From Balamuthia mandrillaris (lineage: Eukaryota): a stretch of DNA of 64,000 nt. The DNA lies in contig JAVKOQ020000085.1 in NCBI GenBank assembly GCA_031835245.2, positions 62,001-126,000 on the forward strand. The letters run 5' to 3'. Shown here in pieces: positions 41,055 to 52,454 of this stretch. Below the pieces are notes generated by a model. It worked only from the letters and a program-made list of their open reading frames with translations, was not told the DNA's origin and ran no database searches. Numbering within the stretch: the stretch's first letter is position 1; each line of letters starts with the position of its first letter. A program made the translations under genes and the position numbers.

Positions 41055-42571
41055 CTACTTTATTGCTTGAGAACAGCCAGGAAGGGGTCGGTGGAAACAG
41101 TTCTGGCTGCAACACAACAACTCCCACCACACTCCTCTTTCCCCGTCCCAATACCTTCTTACCACTTCCCTTGCTTGTCCTTCTTCTGCATTTTCCTTCT
41201 CGTCCACCCCTAAAAACAGGCGTGCACAAACATCACACCTTCTCTGCAGCCTTTCCATCCGTTCCCTCACGTCTTCCGGCAGCACCACCTTGATCACTTC
41301 CACACTTCCTTCTCCTTCTTTCCTTTCTTTTGTTCCTTGCTGGTTTGTGGTTCTATCCGCCGTCAGAGAAGAAGAAAGCCAAGTGAAGGGCGGGTTTGAA
41401 ACAGAGCTCAACAGGCCTGGTGGCAAAGGCTTGTTCCCCAATACCGCCTCTCCGCTCAAGTGCCACAGACTTTTCACTGTTGTGTGCTTTATGGGTTTCA
41501 CCCCTTTCTTCTGCTTCTCCTCCTCCTCTTGCTCATCGTCATTCTCTTCTATTTGTGCTTGCTGGCGAAAGGGTGGAGGGAAGAACGTTTTCAAGGACGG
41601 AAGAAGCCACACCATTGAGCAAGGCAGTGCCGCCAAGGGGTTGTCATCCAGGTTGTAACAGTTGAGAGCGGTGAGATGGCCAAACTCCCTCGGCAAGGAA
41701 CTCAGGTTGTTGTAGCGGAGGTTGCAGTCAGTGAGAGAGCAGGGAGCTGGCCAAACTCTCTCGGCAAGGAGGTCAGCTCGTTGTTGTTGAGGAAGCAGCG
41801 GGTGAGAGCGGTAAGCTGGCCAAACTCAGAGGGTAAAGCCTTCAACAAGTTGGAGGAGAGGTTGCAATAGGTCAGAGCGCGGAGCTGGCCGAACTCAGGG
41901 GGTAAAGCCTCCAACAAGTTGGTGGAGAAGGCGCAGAGGGTGAGAGCGCGGAGCTGGCCAAACTCTCTTGGCAAGGAGGAAAGCTCGTTGTAGTTGAGGT
42001 TGCAGTGGGTGAGAGCGGTGAGCTGACCAATCTCAGAGGGCAAAGCCGAAATGAAGTTGGAGGCGAGGTTGCAGAAGGCGAGAGCAGGGAGCTGGCCAAA
42101 CTCTCTTGGCAAGGAGGAAAGCTTGTTGTCGTTGAGGATGCAGTCAGTGAGAGTGGTGAGCTGGCCAAACTCAGAGGGTAAGGCCACCAAGCCGTTGGAG
42201 GAGAGGTCGCAGAAGGTGAGAGCGGTGAGCTGGCCAAACTCAGAGGGCAAAGCCATCAAGTTGTTGAAGGAGAGGTCACAGCGCGTGAGGGCGGCGAGCT
42301 GGCCAATCTCCCTCGGCAAGGAGGTCAGCTTGTTATGGGAGAGGTTGCAGTCAGTGAGAGCGGTGAGCCGGCCAAACTCCCTCGGCAAGGAACTCAGGTT
42401 GTTGTAGCGGAGGTTGCAGTCAGTGAGAGCGGTGAGCTGGCCAACGGCGCTGGGCAAGGAGGTCAATCCCTTGGAGGAGAGGTTGCAGGCGGTGGAGTGT
42501 GCAAAGGGTGAGAGCAGGGAGGTAAGGGCTAGGCGTACATCCTCCTTCTTATCTGGCGGCACGCCTCCCAT
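41055..42571 (-). pseudogene. Intronless LRR protein (about 12-13 23-aa repeats) with a BC-box-like/Cys-rich C-terminus; frameshifted near 41735
   Basis: Repeats of LPxE(F/I)GQLxALTxCxLxxNxL; 2-bp CT insertion (GCTCTCTCACT vs GCTCTCACT); tail SLWHLSGEAV...CDVC...CCSQNC. Confidence 0.8.
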
Positions 42572-42738
42572 GCTAACTTTCTTTTGTGGTTTTGTCAGTA
42601 TTTGGCAAATATTGATGCTTATTGATATATTTCAGGAGATGGAGGCAAGATACAAAAAAAAAAAAAAAGAAAGAGTCTGTTGCAAAAAGTCCACACGCAC
42701 TTTGTTGCAGTTAAAACTAAATCTTTTAAAAAAGAAAT

Positions 42739-42810
42739 CAGGCACGGTGGGGATCGAACCCACAATCTTCTGCTCCGTAGGCAGACGCCTTTCCATTTGG
42801 CCACGCGCCT
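42739..42810 (-). tRNA. tRNA-Arg(ACG), identical to 224-295
   Basis: Exact reverse complement of the first copy; oligo-T terminator. Confidence 0.97.
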
Positions 42811-45352
42811 TAGCATGCCTTCCGCTTCCGCAAGGTTGGTTCCACGAACGGTGCTCGAGCCCTGTGCCCTCTCTGTGCTAGTTGGTGGTTTGCGGGTGAG
42901 TACGGAGTTGTGGTGTTGTTGGTAAAATTGCGACGATGGATTGGAGAAACTCCTTCGGCGTTCTAGTCGCAATTTTTGAGGAAGGGTGGTTTCTTGGGCG
43001 CTCTAAGAAGTTTATTCTTAGTGCGCGTTTTTCTGAAGTTTAGACGGACGTAGTTGGCGTTCGGCTCAACTTGTGGATGAGGTTCTTTGTACCTCTTGTT
43101 GTGATTTTTTGTTTTTTGTTTCTTTTGTTTCTTTTCTTTTTCTTTAGTTTCGTTGATGGCGGCTAAGAGCCAACAACGGCTTCGGGAGTTGGTGAAGCGG
43201 TTTATCGCGGACCTGGCTGATAGCCAGGTCGTGCACCTTTCAAGCGAAATCTTGGTTGGCCCTGGGAGTTTTCCATCGCAGAGCATCGTGCCGCGGTGGA
43301 GGCGCAACTGTATGAATCGGGCTCTGGCGATGGCTGGAACCAAGAGATTGGACCCTGAGAGACATTGGGCAGCGGTTCGGGATAAGCTGGTTATCCCTCC
43401 GGCGGACGACGAGATGGAGGGCGAGGACGAGGAGGAGGATGTGGAGCTAGCAGAGGAGCCTTGCAACAAGGTTCCTGGCGAGGAGGCCTCTCGTACGGTG
43501 GTGGCGCTGCTCCTCAACATACATCTGTTCGGGATAAAGGCAAAGAAAAAGTGCGACCAGCGAAAAGGAGGGGTGCTGGGTTCCGCGAGTGGGTTGGCAA
43601 CGTTGGCAACCCGGCAGTCCTCCTTTTCGCTGGTCGTACTTTTTCTTTGCCTTTATCCCGAACAGATGTTTTTGTTCTGCGTGGTTCGGAGGCCGGCGGT
43701 GATTCAAGGACTGCTTGGGCCGAGGAGCTGGAGGAGCGGGAGACGGAGGTGGCGGAGGAGTCAGTTCCGTTGTGGGCGGAGGCTATGTTCGACCGCTTGG
43801 ATCAGTTGGTCACGGAGAATAATAGCCTTAGGACTGAGGCCGCGGTCGCCCAGGCAGAGTCTCGGTGGAGAGACCGCACGTTTTCACAGGATAGGAATAC
43901 AAACGAGTATTCCTTGTTGGTGGCAGTGGCCCGGCGCCTAGAGAGGGCTCGGAGGGCCAGTTCCCCGCAAGCGGTGGCTAGGGAGATCGAGGAAGCTCTT
44001 GCTTTGTTGGAAGCCCGTGTGGTGACGTTGGAGCTGGCTGACTCGGACGGTTGGGTGGTCGCTTCAGCTTTTGCTGAAGAGGTCCAATCGCAGGACGCGG
44101 GGCTGCGTATGAAGTTCTCGGAACAGATCCGCCGGGCTAGAGCGGCAGCGACGTGGAAGCCTAAGAAGGCTTCCACGGGAAGGGCGTCTAGACTGCAGCA
44201 GCCGTTTCTTCGGCTGTTGCTGCCCCTGTTTCGGCGGGAGACGGTTCGGCTTCGGGAGCGAGGAAGGGCAAAAGGCAGCCAGCCTGCTACGTTTGTGGCC
44301 AGCTCGGCCACATTTCTCCTTTCTGCCCCTCTCGCTTTCAGCAGCAGAGGGGAGGTGGTGGGAGTGGTGCTTCCGGCGGGGCATCCTCTTCCACCAGCGG
44401 AAAGAAAAATACTACGAGTACCGGGTGCTGACGTTCAGTTGTACCCTCTCCCCTTGGATATTCACAAAGACAACGAGAGTCCCGGTGGCCAAGTGGCGCC
44501 GGGAGGGCAAAGTCGCAAGCGTCTACGTGGACGACTTTGTGGTGGCCGAGGAGACGGATCCGAAGCTGGGTCCAGTTATTGTGGACGTCAGAAGAGACAT
44601 CGACAGGTTGGGCTTGGTGCCGTCAGACAAGAGCGAGTGGAAACCGACACAGCGGGGCATCGTTTTGGGAATGGGAATCGATACCGTCTTGGGGAATGCT
44701 TTGTTCCTCCAGACAAGAGAAAGCGGATCCTTGGAGGTGCAAAACGACTGTTGCGCCTGCAGAGGGTCTCGGGTGGAAGGGTCCCAGTCAAGAAGTTGGC
44801 CAGGTTGGCAGGCCGAGTGACATATCTGTGAAGAGGGGCTTCGGGCCGGCCTGTTGGGTCACCAGACCGTGGTACGACGTCATTGGAGCAGAGCGCCCTA
44901 CGTGGGCGTGGGATCTGGAAGTTTTATTGAGCGACCTAGCGGTGAGCCATTTGGAACGGATCATTCTCAACTTCGACAAGTACAATGGATGCCCCTGTGG
45001 AGACCTGAGAGGATCACTTGGGTGGCTACGGACGCTTCCCTCTCGGGTGCTGCCTGGGCAGGACTGTGGGTGGCGCTTGGTCAGCCAAGCATCTGGGCAA
45101 GCACATCAATGTGTTGGAGGTGATTGCGGCACGGAAGGTGTTGAAGGCGTGCCGGGATCTTGTGGAAGGCCACACTGTTCGCATTCAGGTGGACGGCCAG
45201 GTGGCACGGCCGTACATCGAACGTGGAGCAGGAAGAGTTCCCGTGCTCCGGCAGGAAGCTCGAAAGCTTTGGCTGCTGACGTTCGATCTCAAGGTGGTCA
45301 TCCACGAGGCGGTGTGGGTGCCGTCGGACGAAATTGGCTGGCGGATCCTGTA
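42811..45352 (+). mobile_element. Degenerate, truncated DIRS-order (DIRS/PAT/Ngaro-like) retrotransposon: gag-RT-RNase H; no tyrosine recombinase visible; left boundary uncertain
   Basis: Gag from ATG 43156 with CCHC CYVCGQLGHISPFC (44285-44326); RT YEYRVLTFSCTLSPWIFTK...VYVDDF (YVDD 44524); RNase H VATDASLSG, HINVLEVIAA, VRIQVD, WVPSDE/NWLAD; at least five frameshifts. Confidence 0.88.
43521..43669. repeat. 51-bp inverted repeat (one mismatch) with a 47-bp spacer
   Basis: ACATCTGTTCGGGATAAAGG...GGAGG (43521-43571) versus its reverse complement at 43619-43669. Confidence 0.95.
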
Positions 45353-45976
45353 ACTGTTTTCCGCCGCACTGTGGGCAACTTGCCATTCAGGCCAGCTTCC
45401 AGTAGCGTTGTGGAAGAGGCGCACAGAGATTCATGATGCTGTTCTTTTCTTAAAAATCATTAGTGGTTGGTATCAAAAATTGTAGTGAGCGAGTGGAGAA
45501 AAAAAGAACGCTACCTTTTCAAACAGAGCAGTGCCCCTGCCGCTCCGGTTCCCCCCTCTGCCTTGTGTAGTAGAAGCGTAGCAATCAGAAATACGGTGGT
45601 GCGTGGAGCTTCATGGATGTGTGCGTTTACTTTTGAAAAGAAAGAAAAGAAAAGAAGAGCAGAGAAGAGAAGAAAAGGAGTAGCAGAAAAGAGTCGAGGC
45701 GAATGAGGAGCACCAAAAGTTTATTCGCAGCAGCATCAGCATCCATTCCATTCCATTCCCCCACCACTCCCAACCTACCACTTTGCCTTCAGAAACGTGG
45801 GAGAAGGAAGGGTTGTTTCGGCGGGAAACATGCTCATTGGCCCAAAAGACTAATGCGTGGTTTCTATTTTTTTGTCCTTAGATCTTATGATCTTTGCGCC
45901 ACCTTTTTTCTGTCCGTGTTTTGTGCGGTGAGCATTCTTTGCAAGTTTGTTTAACCAACAACCACACAAGTTTTTA

Positions 45977-48900
45977 TCAGCGCAAAATGTGCCCTTGTTG
46001 CAAAGTATCAAAGACGTGCTCGTTGATGTACTGCACTTTGCGCCCACAAGAGGCGACGGTGCTGGAGGAGAGGTAGGTAGCTGGGCGAGAGTGATTTGGC
46101 TGAGGCCGTTTCTTCAGAGCGGGGGCATTGGGCGGTTTTATCGGCGATTGATAAGGGCTTTGCATAGGAGCAGGGCTGTTGAGATAAGATGGTAAAGCTG
46201 TTGGGGGAGAAGAAGAAATGGAGGAAGAAGATGCAGAAGCAATGGTGATGGCAGCGGAAGGAGAGGTGGTGGACGTGGCTGGACCGGAAGAAGCGGGAGG
46301 AGAAAAAGGGGATGATTGGTGCAACGTTCGTCCGGTTCGGCTGGATTGTTGCTCGTTGAGGTCGGAAAGGAAAATGGTGGCTGGAAGAAAGGCAGAGTGG
46401 TTGGTGCTCTGCAGGCGTTGGTTGGACTTCTCTACCATTTTTGGGTTGGTTAGGTCTTGCACGGAGGGATAGCTGAGGGGCAAGACTGAGTGGCAGTATT
46501 CCAGAAGATAAGGCACATTCTCGGGACACCTTTGAAGTCCACGCATAAAGTCCTAATGCGAAAAAGGAGAGCAACAAAAAAAATAAATAAAACAGGTAGG
46601 GGTAGAGAGAAGAAAGAACGAACAAATTAAACGGAAAAGCTACAAGACAGAGAAAAGAGGGTGGCGGGAAAGACTAAATACCTTGCCCCGCAATTGACAT
46701 ATAAGCTTAAACTTAAACTCATAGTCTTCTCTATGTTCAGAGACAATAGCCCGATGACAGAGTGTCTCTCCATTGGAAGACGGATCGATAGAAGTGGGGG
46801 TAGAAGCAGGCCTCTCTCCCATCGCATTTAAATGCTCCTCCAATTCGCTACAATCTCCACTGGAGCCATCGTCACCGGAACGCCCTTCTCCACCGTAATC
46901 AGAGAAATATTCCTCTTCCTCCTCATCACTGCTAGAACAAGGGGGTTCTGATCCATCTCGTCTAGAAGCAGAAGTAGCAGAAGACGAAGGATGCTTGGGA
47001 TGAGCTTTCACCATAAGGTTGTCGCAGATCTGATACACGAACTGAGGAGAAAGATAGAAGATGCCTCGCTCCACGTATTGCAAAAAGACATGTCGTGGGA
47101 GATGTTTGAAACCCAACATCACAAACTCGTCGTCAAATCCTTTTGGAGTAGGGAAAGCCAAATCTTCCAACGTGTAATAGATGTTTTCCATGACTCGGAA
47201 CTTGGTAAATCCATCCAAAGTTGTGGAAGCATTAACAGAAGAATGAAGAAAAGTAGGTTTGTGAGTGTTCAATTCAGGAGGAGCAACTCCTGAAAGACTC
47301 ACAAATCCTTCTCCATCTTCAAAGAGGTGTTGGCTTGTTTTGCTCTCATCCTCCTCCGATAATGGGGAAATGTACTCGAAAAGCAAGTTGCATTGCCGCA
47401 GCTGCTCCTCGCGATAATATTTGGCCCATGCCAAACACTTGGACTTGTTCTCTTTGGTATTGGAGTTCATGTACTGCGCCAACGTCTCCACGAACCGCCA
47501 ACGATCTTGTTCCAAAGAAGAAGAGGAATGATGACTGGAGTGAAGTCCAGACAAGTTCAAGGAAGAAGAAGACTTGACGAGAATGGATTCATTGCCAGCA
47601 CCTCCTCTATGCTCCTGTGATAGCCCTTTAGGAGAGGAGGTAGGAGACTTGTTATCCTCCTCTAAGCCCAGGATTCGATAGAAAAGGTTTCGGACGGATG
47701 GATTGTTATGGCCATCCAGACTAGTGCTGTAGAGAGGAGAGACAAATCGTTGCTTTGGTTTCTGGGTTCATTTATCAAACCGACAATTCGTGTAGTTGTT
47801 ACAAAAGAAATAGACGTAAGAAAAAGGAAACAAGAGTAAAAAAGAGCAGAAAGCAGAAATAATGAAAAACGTGCAGAAAGAACACAAACAAGCATGAAAC
47901 AGGAGAAGAGGGCAACGTACATCCATAGAAATAAGCGCCCGAGTAGATGGGCCAAGAGGAAAATCAAGTTTGGAGACGCGACTGAGTGATCGTTTCCCTC
48001 TTTTGTGAAATGTTTGGTTTTCTTCGGCAAGGAAACCCTCGATTGATGTCACAGGCAACAGGCGAAGAAGCTCCACCTCCATGTTCTTGTTTTTCATAGA
48101 CTGATAAGGCATTGCAACTAGATACTCCCGCACTAATTCTGCTGTCAAACATTCTGGACTTTCGGTACAAATATGGCGCATTATCTAAGGAAATAGACAA
48201 AGTAAATACAAAGGAAGAAGGGAGGGAGATGAAGAATGCTTGTTACCCGATCAACTAGTTCAACATCTTGAAGATGGATAATCGCCAAATGGAGCGCTTG
48301 AATATGCATTTCTTCAGCATCTGTAGTTTGATATACCTAATTATGAAAAATATGTTAAAACAAAGAAAGAGCCATCACAAAGAAAGAAAAAGTACCCTAA
48401 GTACTGCTTCTCTGTTAAAAGCAAATTCATAGATAGTTCCGGTGACCAGGTCTATAAAGGTCCGCCCTCTAATAGAGCTGACGTTATCCAACAGCAAATC
48501 AAAGGATGTGATAAATGGAGGTTGTGAAGAGTCGTTCATATGGGCTGTGTTGGTTGTCTCTGCCATGCTGCTGGCCGCCATCAAGCCGTTTTCTAGTTCT
48601 GCTGGGAGTGCTGCTGCGAACTCTGCATTCATAAATGTGAGACCCATGCATGGGTCGTGCTCTCGACCACAATCTATGAACTGCAAGTAATACCCAGGAA
48701 CGTAAAGCATCAACAAATCCCCGATACAGCTGAAAAAAACACGAACTCTATTTTTTGTTTGCGGAGAGTAGGGAAGAGATGAGCACAGGGGAGAGAGAGA
48801 GAGAGAGAGAGAAATGTACTGATTAAGCAAATAGGGAGGGAGCGTGTTCAGAGGAACGGCGATGTCAAGCTTGATTTGGTGGTGGAGAATGAAAATGGAT

Positions 48901-49044
48901 ACTTGAATGGAAGAAGAAAAAGTAGGAGATGTGGTAGAAGTCTTCAGAGTGGCAAGCGGGTGTTGTTGACATAAACAAGCTCCACCCTTACAATGAAAGA
49001 AATCCATAATTAGAAAGGCGGGGCAACAAACAGGGAGGAGATGA

Positions 49045-49092
<48 letters not shown>

Positions 49093-50434
49093 AGGAGGAA
49101 GAGAGTGCTTACGTTATCCATTTGTACTATCTGTAAGTAATCCATGGACGATGAAAGAGACGGCGAAGAAGCTCTCCTATCAAAGCTCCCAAACAGAGTA
49201 AAAGGTGTTGTTGCAAAGACCTCGGGAGTGCCAAGAGCATCCAACTGAAGTTGAGAAATTTCAAAGATGCTCTCGTACTTTTTGCCTTGCGTGAACTTCC
49301 AGCAGTGCAGTTTGTAGTCTTTTGGCGGGGCAGAATCCTTTCATTGGAAATATGAAGAATGAGAAAGGGAGAAATGCCAGGAAAGTATGAGGAGGAAACC
49401 TTCGTTGAAGAATAGGTGAGGGCGAACAACAAGGATTTGCGGTCCTCATACTGATGCCATGCCAACTGCTCCTTTTGTGCTAGTCTTGTGTGCAGAAATG
49501 GAAATCTGGAGATTCGCTGCTGCATTTTTTCATTTTTGTGATGAAATCAATAAGCAACAGAACCAAAACACACGGACAAAGAGAAAGAAGTAAAGACCTC
49601 TTCTGTTGTTGACCGTCTCACGGTGTTGAGTTGAAAAATGTGAATAAAGTGGCCGTGCAAAACAAACAAAAGGTAGACTTCATGTCTGTTCCAACGAGTG
49701 CTCTTACTTCCTAAAAACTTTACATATAACGAAAAAGAAAACATTGAGGGTGAGCTAGTAGAAGAAGAAGAAGAAGAAGAAGAAGAAGAAGAAGAAGAAG
49801 AAGAAGAAGAAGAAGAACAAGAAGAAGAACTAGAAGAAGAACAAGAACAAGAACAAGAAGAGAGAAACGTACATAAACAGACTGGCGAGCTTTACTCTTG
49901 ATGTCAAAATTCCAAATTTTGTTGGTCTGAACCTCCACAAGCGTTGTCTCATAAATATCTACAATGAAGTAATGCGTTACCTATCATTCATTCATTCTCT
50001 CCGCTTCTTTTCTTTCTTCTCTGCTCTCTCTCTCATCGCGCATGCTATTGCGCTTCTCTTTCTTTTGTTTTCTGTATCCTTCTCCTCCAACCAAGCGGGT
50101 AACCAACCTTCAAAGTCTTGCGTTTCGGCAGCACTGCTTTCCGTTTTGCGATAACGCGTCAAAGTCGTATACACTATTTTGTACCAAATAATAAAAAATA
50201 GGTCAAAAAAGAGAAAGAACAACAAAAAAGAAGAGAGGAACAAACCCATCAACGTCTTGTCTTCGTTGAGAGAGCAGTCCACGATGGTGATGGGCGAAGG
50301 GTGGCAGTAAATGTCCACCATCTCTCTGGTGTTCAGATTGTAGCTCACAATGAACGTACGTTTGTGTTGTGAGTTCTGGCATTGATTCATGGTTTGAAAA
50401 AGTGATGAAGAGAAGATCAGGAGAGGAGAGAGAC

Positions 50435-50466
<32 letters not shown>

Positions 50467-50707
50467 GAGAGCGGAGAGAGGAGAGAATAGTTACCGATAT
50501 GAAGCCGTCATAAGTGAATAGTATGACCCCTCCTTTCTCCTGTCCAATGATACTGAGCCTACATGCCTTGGGATCCGGCATCGCTTCTGACATCTCGTTC
50601 AGCTCGCTTTTGTGAAGCAGGGGATTTGTTGGCGGCCAGAGCCGCTCCTGTGGGATCCTTGGAAACACTTCCCTGTGAATGTCCAGAACCTTGTTTATGC
50701 GTAACAT
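45977..50707 (-). CDS. GSAP: Gamma-secretase-activating protein / pigeon homolog, multi-exon
   Basis: IIGQEKGGVILFTYD, IVDCSLNEDKTL, GGACLCQQH, LMLYVPGYYLQFID, FPTPKGFDDEFVMLGFKHLPRHVFLQYVERGIFYL. Confidence 0.75.
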
Positions 50708-51126
50708 CTTGGTTTTGTTTTTCTTATTTTCTTGGAAAAAAAATCCCAAATTTTTCCTCCCTTGGGTTTTATCGTTGAACGAGACACCGCAGCCGCTTTC
50801 TTCTTCTGTTCCCCTCACTTCGTCGTCTCTCTCTTTCTTCTTTTATCTCATCTCGCGAAAACTTTCTTTTCCCTTTTACTCTCCACCAATCAACAATCAA
50901 ATATCTAGATCATCTTAAATTTATGCAGACATCACCTAATACTCTAATAGGTGAACGCATTCATTAAAGAGAAAAAAATAAATAAAAAGGAAAAAAAAGA
51001 AAGAAAAAAAAGAAAGAAAGGCAATCGACTACACAATTCGTAGCAAAAACGTAGCGATCTTGGTCGTCTTTTTGCTTTAACGTTTCTCTCTCTCTCTTCC
51101 TTCCACGGGCTGACTGGCTGGGAGAC

Positions 51127-52454
51127 ATGTCTTCTTCTTCTTCTGATGAGGTCCCTATACAATCAGCTTGCTCGTGCTTTGTTTCATCCACTGTGGCCTC
51201 GTTGGAGAGTGTTGTTGCGAACAACAAGAGGAAGCGTGGAGGAAGAAAGAAGAGAAGAGAGCCACTCGTTGTAAACCTGTTCGATCTTATCGATGTCATT
51301 GCTGCTCGCCAATGGACTGGTCCACAGTTTCGCCAGCAACTGAAGCTGATATCTGGCATGTAGCTATTAGCATTCTGCTCTGCTTGCTTCGCCAGTGCTA
51401 ACTCTTGTTTGCAGGAACTCTGCATCTTCCACTACCTGACCGAGTCATCAACATAGAAGAGTTGACTCTTATTCTGCCAAGACACCTTGTTGCCTGCTTG
51501 CTCAGCAAACAGCCCAGCCCTGACTATCTCGCTTATGTCCTGCGTGGAGTGAACGTTCTCTTCAACATATGTCTGCTTTTGCCAGAGTGTGAGACAATAC
51601 GTCAAGCCCTTACAGCTTCTGACCAACAACAGGCTTTGATTCTGGAACTCTTGATCCACCTTTTGGTGCGTACACTCGTCCTTCCGTTATCCCTGCGAAT
51701 TGGTTTTGTTCTCTATGTTCTCACCTCTGCTTTTGTTCTGCAACCCTACCGATATTCCATCATAACTGCCACCACAGGACGCGCACGTTGAATTAGTACA
51801 AAAGATTCCCATCGAGTCCAGAGAAAAGCGCTTTCTATCTTACAGGAGCATTGGTGCCGTTTCTCTGATGGTCTCTTTCTTTTTCAAATATGAGTTAGCT
51901 CCTGGCCACAGATTGGTGGACATTTCTCAGGCAATTGAAGAACCTACCTTTCTCAACACACTGCTTCGGCACCCAAAAAGTGATCTGCTTCTGGGAGAGT
52001 TGCTAGTGTCGTTGCACATCTTGTTGGAAGACTTATATAATGCCTGGGACGAAAGGGTAATCATCGTTCTTGGAAATCCATTCCTTCGAAGAAGCCAAGC
52101 TAATGCTTTTTTTCACTTTACAGGTTAGCTATTTTCTCGTGTGCCTCTTTGAGTCTATCTTTCTGTTATGTTTCTCGGATGACATTGCAGAGCAATTGCT
52201 AGGACTTCCAGCTTGGAAGAATGGAATGATTTTGAATTGCTTGAATCTTGCTCTCGAAGTATAGCTGATCTCTCTTAATTTTTGCTGGCAGAAGCTATTG
52301 ACTGATGTGTACTTCTCAATTAGGTTCCTGTTAAGTTTCAACGGATTGTTGGTGTGACATTACAACTATTGATTTTATTATGTGAGAAAGAAGATCCGTC
52401 TTTCATGTCAGCCCTCAATAAGCAGAAAGAACGAACTCAAACGCTGATCACTAA
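51127..52454 (+). pseudogene. 5' part of a nodulin-homeobox (NDX)-like gene, truncated at a junction with cytochrome c1 sequence
   Basis: INIEELTLILPRHLVACLL..LAYVLRGVNVLFNIC and [16 protein letters not shown] resemble the N-terminal NDX domain (recalled similarity). Confidence 0.55.

Noticed and set aside
41640..42480. Repeat/variable-spacer pattern resembling a CRISPR array
   Set aside because: In-frame 69-bp LRR coding modules in a eukaryote; no cas genes
44170..44200. Programmed -1 frameshift in gag
   Set aside because: No clear XXXYYYZ slippery site, and the element has many other decay frameshifts
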